DNA from: Convolutriloba macropyga
Lineage: Eukaryota
DNA length: 64,000 bases
NCBI RefSeq assembly: GCF_964194025.1
Contig: NC_134473.1
Coordinates: forward strand, 73,594,001 to 73,658,000
Reading direction: 5' to 3'
Below are positions 37,301-49,170 of this stretch, piece by piece. Within the stretch, counting starts at the first letter, position 1, and each line of letters begins with the position of its first letter. The notes beneath the pieces were generated by a model. It was not told the DNA's origin. It saw only the letters and a program-made list of their open reading frames with translations, and made no database searches. The translations under genes were made by a program, and so were the position numbers.

Positions 37301-40300
37301 TTTGGTTTTGATAGTAAGTGATTTAAAAATTTTGTTGGTCATCGATTAATTTTCAAATTTTTAATATCAAATTTTAGCAATTTTTTTTAAAACTTGCAAT
37401 TTTTTCAAAGTTTTTGGAATTTTTTGTCATTTTTTAAGTTTCTCTAGCCACAAGGGCCGCAGAATTTTTTGTGGGGTTCAATAATATGTTACTGCATAGT
37501 TTATAGATGGCAATGAAATGTTCTTCAAGATTTTAATATCATGAATATAAGCAATTTTTCAAAATTATTTGCAATTTTTTGCTGCAACAGAGGCCCTGGG
37601 ACCTCCAAATTTTGATAAATAGCGGCTGCCTTTTTTCTAGAGTTAATGGGATTGTGATCACCATTTTTTAAAGGTCTAATTTTAGTAATGTTTAAAAGCT
37701 TGAAAACTTTTCGTTTTAAAATTTAAACTTTTCAAATTTTTGGCAAATTTTATGGATCTTTACGAGCCAGTAAAACTATTTCAGGCTTGCAACAGGGACA
37801 CTGGACAGTCTCTTGAGACAATGAAATGGTTTTTAAGATATTAATGTCTTGAATTTTAGCAAGATTTTTTAAAATTTGCAATTTCCAAATTTTTTCAATA
37901 TTTTTTGTCCTTTTCTGAGTTTAACGACAAAAATGGTTTTGATTTTTTTATTGCGGAGTTCAAAACTCTTTCAAAAGTTTCTGTTGATTTTGCCTTTTTC
38001 ATCTTTTTTTTCTATATTATTTATTTATTAACAAGGTTAGAAAACTAGAAGTTGCAGTGTCGAATCCAATCATGAAAGATATTTCTGTCTCCTTCTCTCC
38101 CTTTCGGTTGGGGTTCCTTTCCTTCTCTTTGTCATTCACGTTTTATCTTTTTGTTGATTCCGCACTTCAGCTGCTGTTATTTGGCGTAATGTCACCATCT
38201 CTGATCAATGAGTTATAGTTGAATTGTTGTTTATCATATATGATCTAATATGCACTTTTAGGAAACCATTGTTAATTGCTCTCAAAAGCAATTTGTAGCA
38301 AATGTATTAATCCTGTTTGTCTTTTATGCAATTTTTCTCTTCGCGGATTTTTCGTCTGACTCATTTGACATTCGTATTCAGAAACGGCATAATGAGGTAG
38401 CGCCCTGAGGAAACTAAACCGTGGCTCGCTGTTGAGGAAGCCAACCGCTCGCCGATCGTTTGAGAGCAATTCGCCCGACGTTAGTCGGTTATGTTACAGA
38501 TTTTTAATCAAATTATAACAGGTCAGCCTTCAATGAAAAGACGAATTTTTTTGGTCTGTCTTTTTTACTGTTTTTTTAGACGGGCGATCTACGAATCTAT
38601 TGCGGCTATTTTGTGGCAATCTGCCAGCTATGTTTCATTTGTGATTCCAATGCATTCATCACTATTGAACAGTAATAAATGCATATATTGGCAATTATTA
38701 TGAAACTTTACAATTGCATTACTGCCTCAATTTTTTTTGCTGAAAAATAATTTTTGACAGAATGAAACTGAAAAGAACCCGGAGCCGTTAATTGTTTTAA
38801 ATCAGCTCTGATTGATGAAATTCAATTAGTAAAATTGTTTTTCTGCACAATTCTAAGTGTGCAGCATCCTAGGGGTCCCGAGTCTTAATAGAATGTCAAT
38901 CTTGCACGATAATGTAAGAATTTTGCACAAAAATTGCATAGTCTTGCACGATTTTCTCTCATGATCTTGCAAGATTAACATCCAAAAAAATTCCGAAAGA
39001 AAGCCAAAAAACTGCCTAAAATACTCAAAAATACGAAAAAAGAACTTTTAAAATATGCTGCAGCCTAAAGCGTGCCCACCCGGGTTGACCACCATAAATA
39101 AATCTTGGCAACCATATCCAAGCCATATATGGTGACCAAGAAAACTTGGCAACCATATACCTGACCACACGAAATTTCAAACTTGAGGCTGAAAAAGCGT
39201 GAAATAAGTGCCTCTGACGTATTCTGGTGGTGAAAAGTCTCGGTTGAAACTTTGAAAAAATTTCAAGTTCATGGTTTCTTGGCAACCATATATATGGCCA
39301 TAAACGTTCATGGTGCCATGGATGACCATATATGGAAAAATTTAAATCGGTCCGCGCATTTAACTCAGATATAAATTTTTCAAAATTTTAATGTGTTGAC
39401 TTTAGATTGTGTTTGGTGCGTGTGGAGTGGATGGTTCGCAAGACTACAATGATGGACAGAAGACTCCTGAGTGGCAGAAAACGAAGAAAGATAAAAAGCG
39501 CAACAGTCTCAGTTAGTATACTCTGTACAAAACGCCACTCTTTTGTCAACACCCCCCCCCCCCCCCCCCGCGCACCGGACCTAGCGGATATATTTTGATT
39601 TCCACAAAGGCGTGAAAATGCAAAATTTTAAACCATATTTATTCTCGTTCAAACAGCTTAGACTGCTTTCGAAATGTCCGATTTTGACGGACAGAAACGA
39701 AAGCAACTCAACTTAAAATTAGAATCCAGCGAATAGCGTGTATACAATTCGCCCGACATTATTCGGTTATTTTGTTTAATTTTTGATAAGAACAAGTTCA
39801 TTTATCAAATTGTCATGCCATGAATTAAGTTTAAAAAAAAACAATCACTGTTGAAAATTCTTGGCCTCATAGTTTAAGATACATCTGACTTTTTAAGATA
39901 CATTAACTTATTAATTGATCTCGAGCGAAGTTGGTAGCAATTACTGTAAACGTGTTGGACTTTTTATGCATATTTTTGCTTGACCACTTTGCGTTTTTCT
40001 TCTAGAGTATTCTTCGACTTCTCAAGTGACTTTTTCACGAGTTCGTTCTAAATTTTTGAGTGATCTCGACTGCTCTCCGAAGTACAGCTTGTTGCTAAAA
40101 TAAAATCGATTTCACATTACGTTTTTAAAAACGTGCAAGTAAATTTACCTACAAAATCAGCTAATTTCAATTTAAGAATTCGTACAGGTAAAAATTCAAG
40201 AAACTTTAAAAGTGTTATAAAACTAGTTTAAAGATAAAAAATCTGAAACTACGGTTCGTTTCTTTCCAGCTTTGGAAAAATCATTGGGAAACGTCATGGA

Positions 40301-43300
40301 ATCGTCTTTCATATCTGAAGAGACAAACTACAAATTATTTTTTTCACGCTTATTTTTCCATGAAAATTTTTGCTTCACATTTATGCATCAAAAGCACAAA
40401 AAAGTTGCAGGTAATTTACCTGAATATTGTACAGGTAAGCAGTTTCGGGAAAAATTTTGCAGGTAAATTTTGCCTGCACAAAGCTTTACCTGCACACTGT
40501 TCAGGTAAATTTGCCTCAACCTTTTTATTTGCTCACGTAGTTGGGTTTTGTATTAGTCCTGTTGGTCTTTATTTTATACGATATTTCGCTTGACCGATTT
40601 TTCGTCTGACTCATTTGACTTCAAAACTCCAGAAAAACAAGATAAACTGGTAGCACCAAGCAGGCATTAGGTTTGATTAGAGGCCCTTAGCCGCGTTTAT
40701 TAGTCCTTCAAGTGCTTAATGTGGTGAAGCTACTGTGAAAACCGTAGTTAAAAGGTCATTTTAGGAGTTTTGAGCCCAAAAGGTTGCAAATTTTTGGTGT
40801 TTTTAAGTCATCTTTAATAGCCGCGAAGCGATAGCGGCTATTATTGAGGACACCGTGTTTTTTTTAACCCGTCGTCTCCATCGATAATTCTTACGTGACC
40901 TGACTTCTTGAAATTGATTTTTTCAGTGACTTCATTGACCTCTACTGTCTTGCGGTTAAAATTTGTTTTCGCGACGTCATTTTTGCTTTTAGGCCAATTG
41001 CGTGACTTGCATCACTCAATAAATGACTTCTGAACTTATGCAACTCCAAATATTATGAGCATTTACTAGTTAATAGTGTGCATCTAAGTGGTGCCAAACT
41101 TATATGCCCTCATTCTTGATTATTAGTCTTGAGTTTTTGATTACGAATATAATTTTTGAAAAAGCTTTTTTCGGGCTTTTTCCTTCAAGGCCTAGGTGTC
41201 ACAAAACTGACAGTCCGGCTTTAACCCAAAAAGTTTAGTGGTCTATTAAAAGACTGGTGGTCGATCTGTCAATCTTAATGCTTTAGTTCTTTCAATTCAT
41301 GGAAGGACATAAGCGTCTATCACGGCTATTTTCCGGCAGTCTGCCGGCTATGTTTAAATTTTTTGGTAGACCAGACTAAAATTGAGGCAGGTTATATTTC
41401 ATAACGGTCAGTCGCAAGAGATAATACGGTTGGTCAATAAGTTACTGAAAAAATTTTCTTATGTGCATGGATTAGTTTTCACTTTTTTAATATCACAAAA
41501 AACTTTTGTTTTTATGTTTTACTAGACTCAAGAGCCAAGGAACCTCATCTAGGTTTTAATACATACTTTCTCGATGTTGTAAGTTATTTTTCAAGATTTC
41601 AACATGACGAATTATAGAGTTTTTTGGCAAAATTGCTATTTCGTTTCAAGTTTTCTTGATTTTTTTTGGGTTTCACTAGCTTCAAGAGCCAAGGGACCTC
41701 CTCCAGAGTTTGATAATAGGTTATTTCATAGCTTTAAGATGTAATAGAATGTTTTTGAAGATTTTAATATCACGACCTTTTTCATCTTTCTACAATATTC
41801 GCAATTTTTTCAAAAATTTTTTATATTGTTCTCAAACGAAATTGGTAGCAAATATTTTAGTCCTGTCAGTTTCTTTTTTGATGCCATCTTTCGCTCGACC
41901 CATTTTTTGTCTGACGCTTTTGACTTTTCGTCCTCAAAAATGGGGTAAACAGGTGGCGCCCAGCGGGGATTAAGTGCTCTTAGAGCCTTTCAGCTCTGTT
42001 TCAGCTGAAACTCTAACCTATACTTATGTGTGGAGGGTGGTTCTTGGAGGTTGAAGACACCACCACTGTTGATCCCCCACCTTTGTCCCCATCTCTCCAC
42101 CACGCTGTTGCCCCCACCCCACTGTTGCCCGCCCACCTCTCCCTACCCAGCAGCCCCCGGTGCACATCCCCCCGTGGCTTCTGACGAACAACCGATCGCA
42201 AAAAACACGAAATTTTATACTAATTTTCACATCTCTTTCAAGATTTTTGAAAATGTGTCATTTTCTGAGTTTTTCAACCCCAGATGTCAAAGAACCTCCT
42301 CTAGGGTTTTACAATAATTTACTGCATAGTTTCTAGTGGTAGTGGAATGGATTCAACATTTTAATATCATGAATGTTAGCATCTTTTTGACAAAAAACGT
42401 GCAAATTTTTTTAACTTTTATTCATTTATTTTTAATTATTCACGTCTTTCCTGACACAGGTGACAAATAACATCCTTAGCGGTTTGATAATAAGTTACTG
42501 AAAAAAATTTTTTTCACCATGAAATAGCTTTCAATTTTTTAATCTGACAAATGTTAGCAATTTTTTTTATGTAACTTGCCATTTGTCAATTTTTTCCGGC
42601 CTCAAGAGCCGAGGAATCTCCTATATAGTTTGAAAAAAGGTTACTGCATAGTCTCTAGTGGTAGTTGAAAGGTTTCAACATTGCAACATTACGAATTTTA
42701 GCATCCTTTTGAAAAAACGTGCCAATTTTTTCATTTTTTAGACTTTTATTCTCTTAGACAATTTTCCACATGCAGTTGCCAGAAATCGTCCTGAGGGGTT
42801 TGATTATAAGCCTTGAAAATTTTTCATTTGCCATTCAATTGCTTTCAATTTTTTAATGACAAATTTTAGCATTTTTTTTTTAGAAAACTAGCATTTTCAA
42901 GTTTTTTGCAAATTTTTTAGGATTCTCCAGCCTCAAGAGCCAAGGAGCCTCCTCTAGGGTTTAACAATAGGTTACTCTACAGTTTCTGAATGACATGAAA
43001 TTCAAGATTTCAACAACACGATTTTTCTCAATTTTTTTTTTTACAAAACTGCCGATTTTCTATTTTTTTTCCATTTATTGTCGTTTTTCAGGCTCTTCTG
43101 TCTAACAAAAAATCTCCCTTAGGGTTTGATAATAAGTTGCGGGAAAATTTTTTTGGCTTATGATTAGTTTTCTTTTTTTTATACGAAATTTTTGCAGTAA
43201 TTTATGCAACTTGCAATTTTCATTCAAATTTTTTGAAATTTTGTTGCCATAAATTTAGGTTTCTTCAGCTTTAAGAGCCCCAGAAGCTCCCCTTCGTTTC

Positions 43301-45944
43301 GATTATAGGTTACTGCATAGCATCTAGTTGTAAAGGAAAGTTTTTTGATTTTATTATCAGCATTTTTTAAAAAAAAAATGCAATTTTTCAAGTTTTTTTT
43401 TTAAATTTTTATAATTTTTTCCACCAGGGTGTTAGCGACCTTCTCTAAGGCTTGATGATAAACTGTTCAATAATTTCTAGAGTTAATGGAATGATTATCA
43501 ATATTTTAATAACTACAGTTTAACCAATTTTTCGATAAAATTTGATTTTTTTTTTGAAATTTTCGGAAAATCATTGTCACATTCCAAATTTATGGATCCT
43601 TATGAGCCAGTGAAACTATTTAAAGGTTGAAATAGGGATACTGGTTAGTCTCTTGAAACACTAAAAGGGTTTTGAAGATTATAATGTCTTGAATTTTAGC
43701 AGGATTTTGTTAAAATTTGCGATTGTTGTCATAATTTTTTTAAATATTTTTGTCCTTTTCTGAGTTTAACAACCATTGCAGGCCAATGAAACTTTTCAAT
43801 CCTTGGCATAAATCCTGAATACAAAATATCTTTTTGAACTTTTCACTGCGAAGTCTGGAAGCTTTTATTTTAAGTTCTGCAACATTTTGCAAAATTTCAA
43901 AGTAACTGCTTTTATTGGATTTGTTTACTAGCAAGGGTAGAAAACTAAAAGTTGCCGAGTCCAATGAGTCTGAAGTTAGACTAACTAAACCATGGCTAAC
44001 TACTACTACTGACGAAACCAACCGCTCGCCGGTTGTTTGAGAGCAATTTGCCCGATGTTAGTCGGTTATGTTTAAATTTTTGATTTGTTTCAAATTTTAT
44101 CTGGCACCAGGGGCCCAGACACCTCCTCCAAAGTTTAATACTAAGCTGCTGCATAGTTTCTGGAGTTCAATGGAATGGTTATCAACAATTTAATGTGTTG
44201 AGTTTTTGCAATTTTTGATAAATTTTAACTTTTTTCAAATTTTTGGAAAAAAACTATCATGTTCTGAGTTAATGGATATTTGAGCAAATGAAACTAAATA
44301 ATTCTTGAAATGGGGATACTGGATAGTGTCTTGATACAATGAGATGGTTCTGAAGATATTTATATAACATTTTTTGGCAAGTTTTAAAAAAAATTTCAGT
44401 GTAACTCGTTTTTCTGAGTTTAACGATCATCACTGGCAAACGAAACTCTTCAGGTCAGGCAAAAGGATTACATGACAGAGCTCCAGAAAAAGAAAATGGT
44501 CTTGAACTTTTTTCACTGCATTATATGGAAATTTTTCTACTGAATTTTGCATTTTTCAATTTTTTTCTATTTGATTTGATTAATAACAAGGCTAGAAAAC
44601 AAGAAGTTGCAAAACTAGAGTCGAATCTCATCACGAAAAAAAATTCCTAGCTCTTATTTTCTCTCTTTGTCTGTTGGAATTTTTTCCTTCNNNNNNNNNN
44701 NNNNNNNNNNNNNNNNNNNNNNNNNNNNNNNNNNNNNNNNNNNNNNNNNNNNNNNNNNNNNNNNNNNNNNNNNNNNNNNNNNNNNNNNNNNNNNNNNNNN
44801 NNNNNNNNNNNNNNNNNNNNNNNNNNNNNNNNNNNNNNNNNNNNNNNNNNNNNNNATGCCGCACATCAGCTGCTGTTATGCGGTATGGTGTCATCTTCTT
44901 TTACCCTCATTAACGCTGAGTTTTAGTGGATTGTTTCTATCACAAATGATTTAACCAGCACTTTTTAGTAAATCGGATTTTATTCGTCTCAAACGATGAT
45001 TGCAGCAATTACAATGGTTTTTTAATGCAATTTTTCGCTTGAACGGTTGTTGTCCAACCCATTAGACTTTTTGTTCTCAGAAATGGGATAAAGAGGTAGC
45101 GCCCAGTGGGCATTAAGTTCTCTTATAGCCTTTCAGCTCACTAGTCTCCTAGTAAGTGATTAACTGTTTTGGAGACTTTTACTTATGGTGTGTAGGGTCA
45201 ATCTTAGAAATCGAAACCCCTCATCAGCCCCCCCAGTCCCCACTCCTGCACATCGGTCGGGCCGTATGGCCATGCAGCCAAAGATCCCATTCCACCGTTG
45301 CCCCCCCCCCCCCCCCCCCGCTGAGTTCATCTCAAGTCCCTTCATTTAAGCTAAAGCTAGCCTCACTAAACCGTGGCTACCTACTGATGGAGCTAACTGT
45401 TCACCGGTCGTTTGAGAGCGATTCGCCCGACATTAGTCTGTTATGTTTTAGTATAGCCAGTTTACGTTATTATTTCTAACCCTAACTCTACTTTACAACA
45501 AAAATTAAGGCCTTAGCGAATCTCTCAGCAAACTAAGTAAAGATAAAAGAAAGTAAGCAAGATGAAAATATCCCATATTGATTATTTTTAGAAGACTACA
45601 ATTTCGACTATCCTCTAACTTGCTGCGCTGGCTTGGACGACGTGAAGGACCTCACTGATACCATCAAAAATGACAAATTCAATTCGTTCAATGCCTTACA
45701 AAAACTTGTTAACGAACACAAAACTACCTTTGACCAATGCAAGAAAAATCCCCCGGACGAGGGACTGGCCAAGAAGATTAAAAACTTTCTCGGAATTGTA
45801 ATGGGTATCGGTTGTGCTATATTTGTGTGTATCATAATACTGTTGATTCTTTTGGTCTGTGCGGCTTGTAACGTCATCAAGAAAGGACCCAAAAAAGACA
45901 AATGGAGCAAAAAATATGAAGGAAAAGAGGGCGGAGACAAGTAG
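31023..45944 (+). CDS. Divergent tetraspanin, 299 aa: join(31023..31320, 31987..32129 or 34869..35011, 39406..39511, 45592..45944)
   Basis: All GT-AG junctions are phase compatible (298+143+106+353 = 900 nt). Four hydrophobic segments, TM1 Asn, Cys-rich small inner loop, EC2 with LQ...ACG...DY and PLTCC, basic C-tail. Confidence 0.88.
31987..32129 (+). CDS. Tetraspanin exon 2, copy a
   Basis: tttttAG acceptor, CAG|GTATTC donor, 143 nt, phase 1->0; MIALFIGWIIVFAIAIVKLEGQLGDLLLKYQSEYATNKESIATNLLQ. Confidence 0.85.
34869..35011 (+). CDS. Tetraspanin exon 2, copy b
   Basis: Same splice sites; differs by GGT>GCT (G>A) and CTG>CTC. Confidence 0.85.
35379..38635 (+). mobile_element. Helentron-type non-autonomous element, family 1 (5' part duplicated at 32497)
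   Basis: Head AATAGCCGC...GGCTATT; tail GCGGCTATT + hairpin TGGCA-ATC-TGCCA + GCTATGTT. Head, middle and tail are shared with 46906-49170. Confidence 0.65.
36318..38495 (+). mobile_element. Helentron-type element, family 2, nested in family 1 and carrying a ~165-bp repeat array
   Basis: Perfect 15-bp subterminal IR ATTGCTCTCAAACGA (36318) / TCGTTTGAGAGCAAT (38456), then hairpin CCGAC-GTTA-GTCGG. Absent from the family-1 paralog near 49030. Confidence 0.7.
39406..39511 (+). CDS. Tetraspanin exon 3 (IVFGACGVDGSQDYNDGQKTPEWQKTKKDKKRNSL)
   Basis: ctttAG acceptor, GTTAGT donor, 106 nt, phase 0->1; occupies the CCG-motif position. Confidence 0.85.
40813..41355 (+). mobile_element. Compact complete Helentron-associated element (HINE-like)
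   Basis: AATAGCCGC with adjacent IR GCGGCTATT at the head; CGGCTATT + hairpin CCGGCAG-T-CTGCCGG + CTATGTTT at the tail; T-rich flanks and no TSD. Confidence 0.72.
41824..44072 (+). mobile_element. Family-2 Helentron-type copy with about nine diverged ~165-bp repeat units
   Basis: Head attgttctcaaacga; tail gtttgagagcaat + ccgat-gtta-gtcgg; unit core cctctagggtttgataataggttactg...gaattttagc recurring 42290-43700. A further partial copy runs to 45448. Confidence 0.65.
44691..44855. other. Assembly gap (165 N)
   Basis: Run of N inside a repeat copy paralogous to ~38095-38160. Confidence 0.99.
45592..45944 (+). CDS. Tetraspanin exon 4 (PLTCC, rest of EC2, TM4, C-tail, TAG stop)
   Basis: attatttttAG acceptor, phase 1; in frame with ORF 45633-45944. 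Confidence 0.88.
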
Positions 45945-46905
45945 TTGTAGGAAAAAAATTGGCAGAAAGACACAAAATGCGCTTATGACGTGGAGCTACA
46001 GAAAGTACCGAGACCCCCCCCCCCCCACCACCCCCGCCCCCTCCTCCCTCACTTCTACTTTTCCCAAGTCCAACAATACTTCCTGACGTTATCTTGTATT
46101 CTAAACTTTTAATAATGGATCAGTTCAGATCCAGAGAAATTGATCTAACAAGATCTTGTAAGAGTTACATAGAAAGAATGCATTCTTTCAAGTAGAAAAA
46201 GTGCAAAAATTTCAGGGTTGACAATTTCAGATCACATTTTGATGCTTGTAGTCAAAATCAAATACTGGGTCAAATATCATAATTCTAATCGAATCCGATT
46301 AGATTAGAATTATGATATTCTAATCTGATATATTTCCTAACAAATTAAGGCTTTCTAACAAATTACATATTTGCATTCATTAAAATGTCGCAAGCACTAC
46401 CAACTTTTTTAATGTTGGGGTTGTGGGTGGGGGCGTGGGGGGCTCCTGTAGTGCAGTAGCTCCATAATCCCTTGTATGTAGAATGCATATAAGAGCTGAA
46501 TTTCAAATAATTTATATCTTTAGATCCAGTGATTTCTTATTTTAAAGTTCCGTTAAATGTTTGTTGATTTTGCAAAATAATACTGTTTTGTTGAGATAAT
46601 TTGTTGAGATCTCTCTTTGAATTAAATATTTGGGCTGTACTATTTTCTTTTCAGTTTTGGAGCAACTAGAGATGTCCATTTATAGAGTTTTGTCCAATAT
46701 AGACGAAATCCCGACAAGTAGAAAACAAATTCTACTACAATTTTTTCGAGTAAAGTGCTTACTGTCATTTTTACCGGCTTAAAGTCATTCATTTCTACTT
46801 TTTCTATTTGAAGGTAGCACAAATAAAAATATAAAATATTCCTGCAGCTTAAATAGAAAACCGAGGATTAAATTTTTGCGGTGGAAGTAAAAGATTTTCA
46901 TTATT

Positions 46906-49170
46906 AATAGCCGCACAGCAATAGCTGGGGCTATTATTGGCCTTCTCTTGGTTTTTTTACGACCCGAAGAGGAGCATTGGTTTCCTTAAGGTTTTTTTTT
47001 ACCGGAAGTACTATTCGTTCAGACAATGTTTTGACCTAAAAGCGAAAGCGAGTAAAATTGCAGTGTGAACTAATTTTTTCTGAGCGAGAGAAGTTTTTTG
47101 ATCATGCGCTGCGTTTAGTGAATGACTTTTTGACATTGAAAAGTAGTTTTTGACTGAATGGCACATATAGATAACCGTTTTTAGCCGTTTTTCGTCTAAG
47201 TGGCCGTTTTTTTGCTTGTAATTTGGTTTTTTGTAGAAATAATTTTTAATTGATGCTATGTTGAAATGTAAACCCCGGAAATTGATAGCACAGTTTTTTG
47301 CATAGCCTGAAATTGCGTTTCAAATGCAAAACTGGCACATATTTCTTGATTTTTTAGTTGATTTTTGGCTTTTTTTTCTATTAATTTCTCCATTTTTGGA
47401 TTTTTTAGCTGTTTTTTGTCAAAAATCAGTTAATATGGCAACTTCCCTTTGATAATTCATATACTCAATGCCTCTTTCTACCTCGATGTAGTTTTATTTC
47501 ATAAAATTGTACATTTGCTAATCTGATTTTCGTAGTTTTATATACTAGAAATGGTATTTTGGGGAACACGAGGGACTTTAATTTCGTTTCAATAAAAAAT
47601 CAATCATTTTTTGGTGTTAAGTTTTTGAAAAAACAGATAAATTTTTTTCATAAATGCAGTCTTAAATATTTTTTGACCACTTTTTTGCAGAATGTTTCAT
47701 TGTTTCGTATGTCTGAATTCTGCTTTTTATTGTTTTATTCTGTTCAGCAAGTAGGATTTTTATTTTTGTCTCGAATAACTCGTTGTCTTTTCTATGTCTC
47801 GAATGCTGATCAATGAAATATACTCGTTTTTCTTGATTTTTTTCAATTCGATTTTTAACTTTCAAAAATCAAGAATTGGTCTTTTTGTTACGGTGTTCCT
47901 AACATTGTGTCCGTATTCTCCACATTCTCGTTTGTATCATTCTAGTTATGTCCTGCCACCTACTTTTGTGTTCGTTATATTGATTTTTTCAGTTGTTAAA
48001 AAATTGAATGAATTCAGATTTTTCTCAGATCTTGGTTTCTTCGGTTTGCAATTGATTTAATTCAAAATAAGGCAGTACTGGGAGTTTGCTAGAGAGTCTT
48101 TTCCAACATTTCGACTTATTACTATTTATTGCAATTTTCTCCGGGCTTGGTATTGTTTTTAGACGATTGTTTGCCTTTGAATATTATTCTGTTGCTTTTG
48201 TTTTTCTATGGTTAATTTAATTTTTGAATTAGTATGAAATCATGTTGTCTAGCATATATACAACAAGGAAGAATCATGTATTATTGTTGTCTTAATAGCC
48301 GTGATTTAAAATCTAATTGTAGGGGTTCTCTGATTCTTAAGTTTGAGCACTCTGTTTTGAATAATTTTGACTTTCCTGTCTTTTTTTGAAAAGTTTTTAT
48401 CTGCCGTTTGCTTTCGCGATCTTTTTGAGATTAGAATTATTAATTATCTGAGGGCAATTGATGGCCCTGTCAGCTTTGTCAGGCTATCAGTTTTTTGATC
48501 ATCCTAAAAATTTCAGACTTCTTAACGTTACCAAACGTTTTCAATAATAAAACTTTGTTGCGTTTTCTTCCTCTTGGTGACAGTGGTTTAAATTTTACCG
48601 ATCTTTAGATCAGACCCGCGGAGGTAATGAGTTAGTGGTTTAATACAAAAGGTAATGGCTTCAGCTTTTTGTGACGTTTTGGTGCTTCGAGTCGCTTCCG
48701 GAATTCTTCCGGCTATGTTTTTTATTTCGCCGTCATGATTTTTGTTACGACCATATGACGTCACTGCCACTTTTTGTTCATTCGTTCATGCAATTTCAAG
48801 TGAATTGCATGTGTGACGTCATTTTTCGCTCTTAGTGGAGCGAGTTTTTTTGTTCATGCGCGTGATTAAATTTTTGGTCACACTTGACTTACCTCACTCT
48901 CAAAATTGACTTCCTCACTTTGAAATTGACTTTAATTTAATTTAATTCAAAGAGATAAGGTCGAATGGGTGTGTGTCACTCTAAATGAAGGTTATTAGAG
49001 ATCAGCTAATAGAAGCAGCAATAACTTATATATATTTTTAATCAAAATATAACAGATCAGCCCTCAATGAAAAGACCAATTTTTTTGGTCCGTCTTTTTT
49101 ACCGTTTTTTTTTAGACGGCCGATCTACGAATCTATTGCGGCTATTTTCTGGCAATCTGCCAGCTATGTT
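46906..49170 (+). mobile_element. Helentron-type element, family 1 paralog with a different internal insert
   Basis: Same head as 32497/35379; shared block 48712-49030; tail GCGGCTATT + CTGGCA-ATC-TGCCAG + CTATGTT. Confidence 0.65.

Noticed and set aside
44631-44954. ORFs spanning the N run
   Set aside because: Artefacts of translating the assembly gap.
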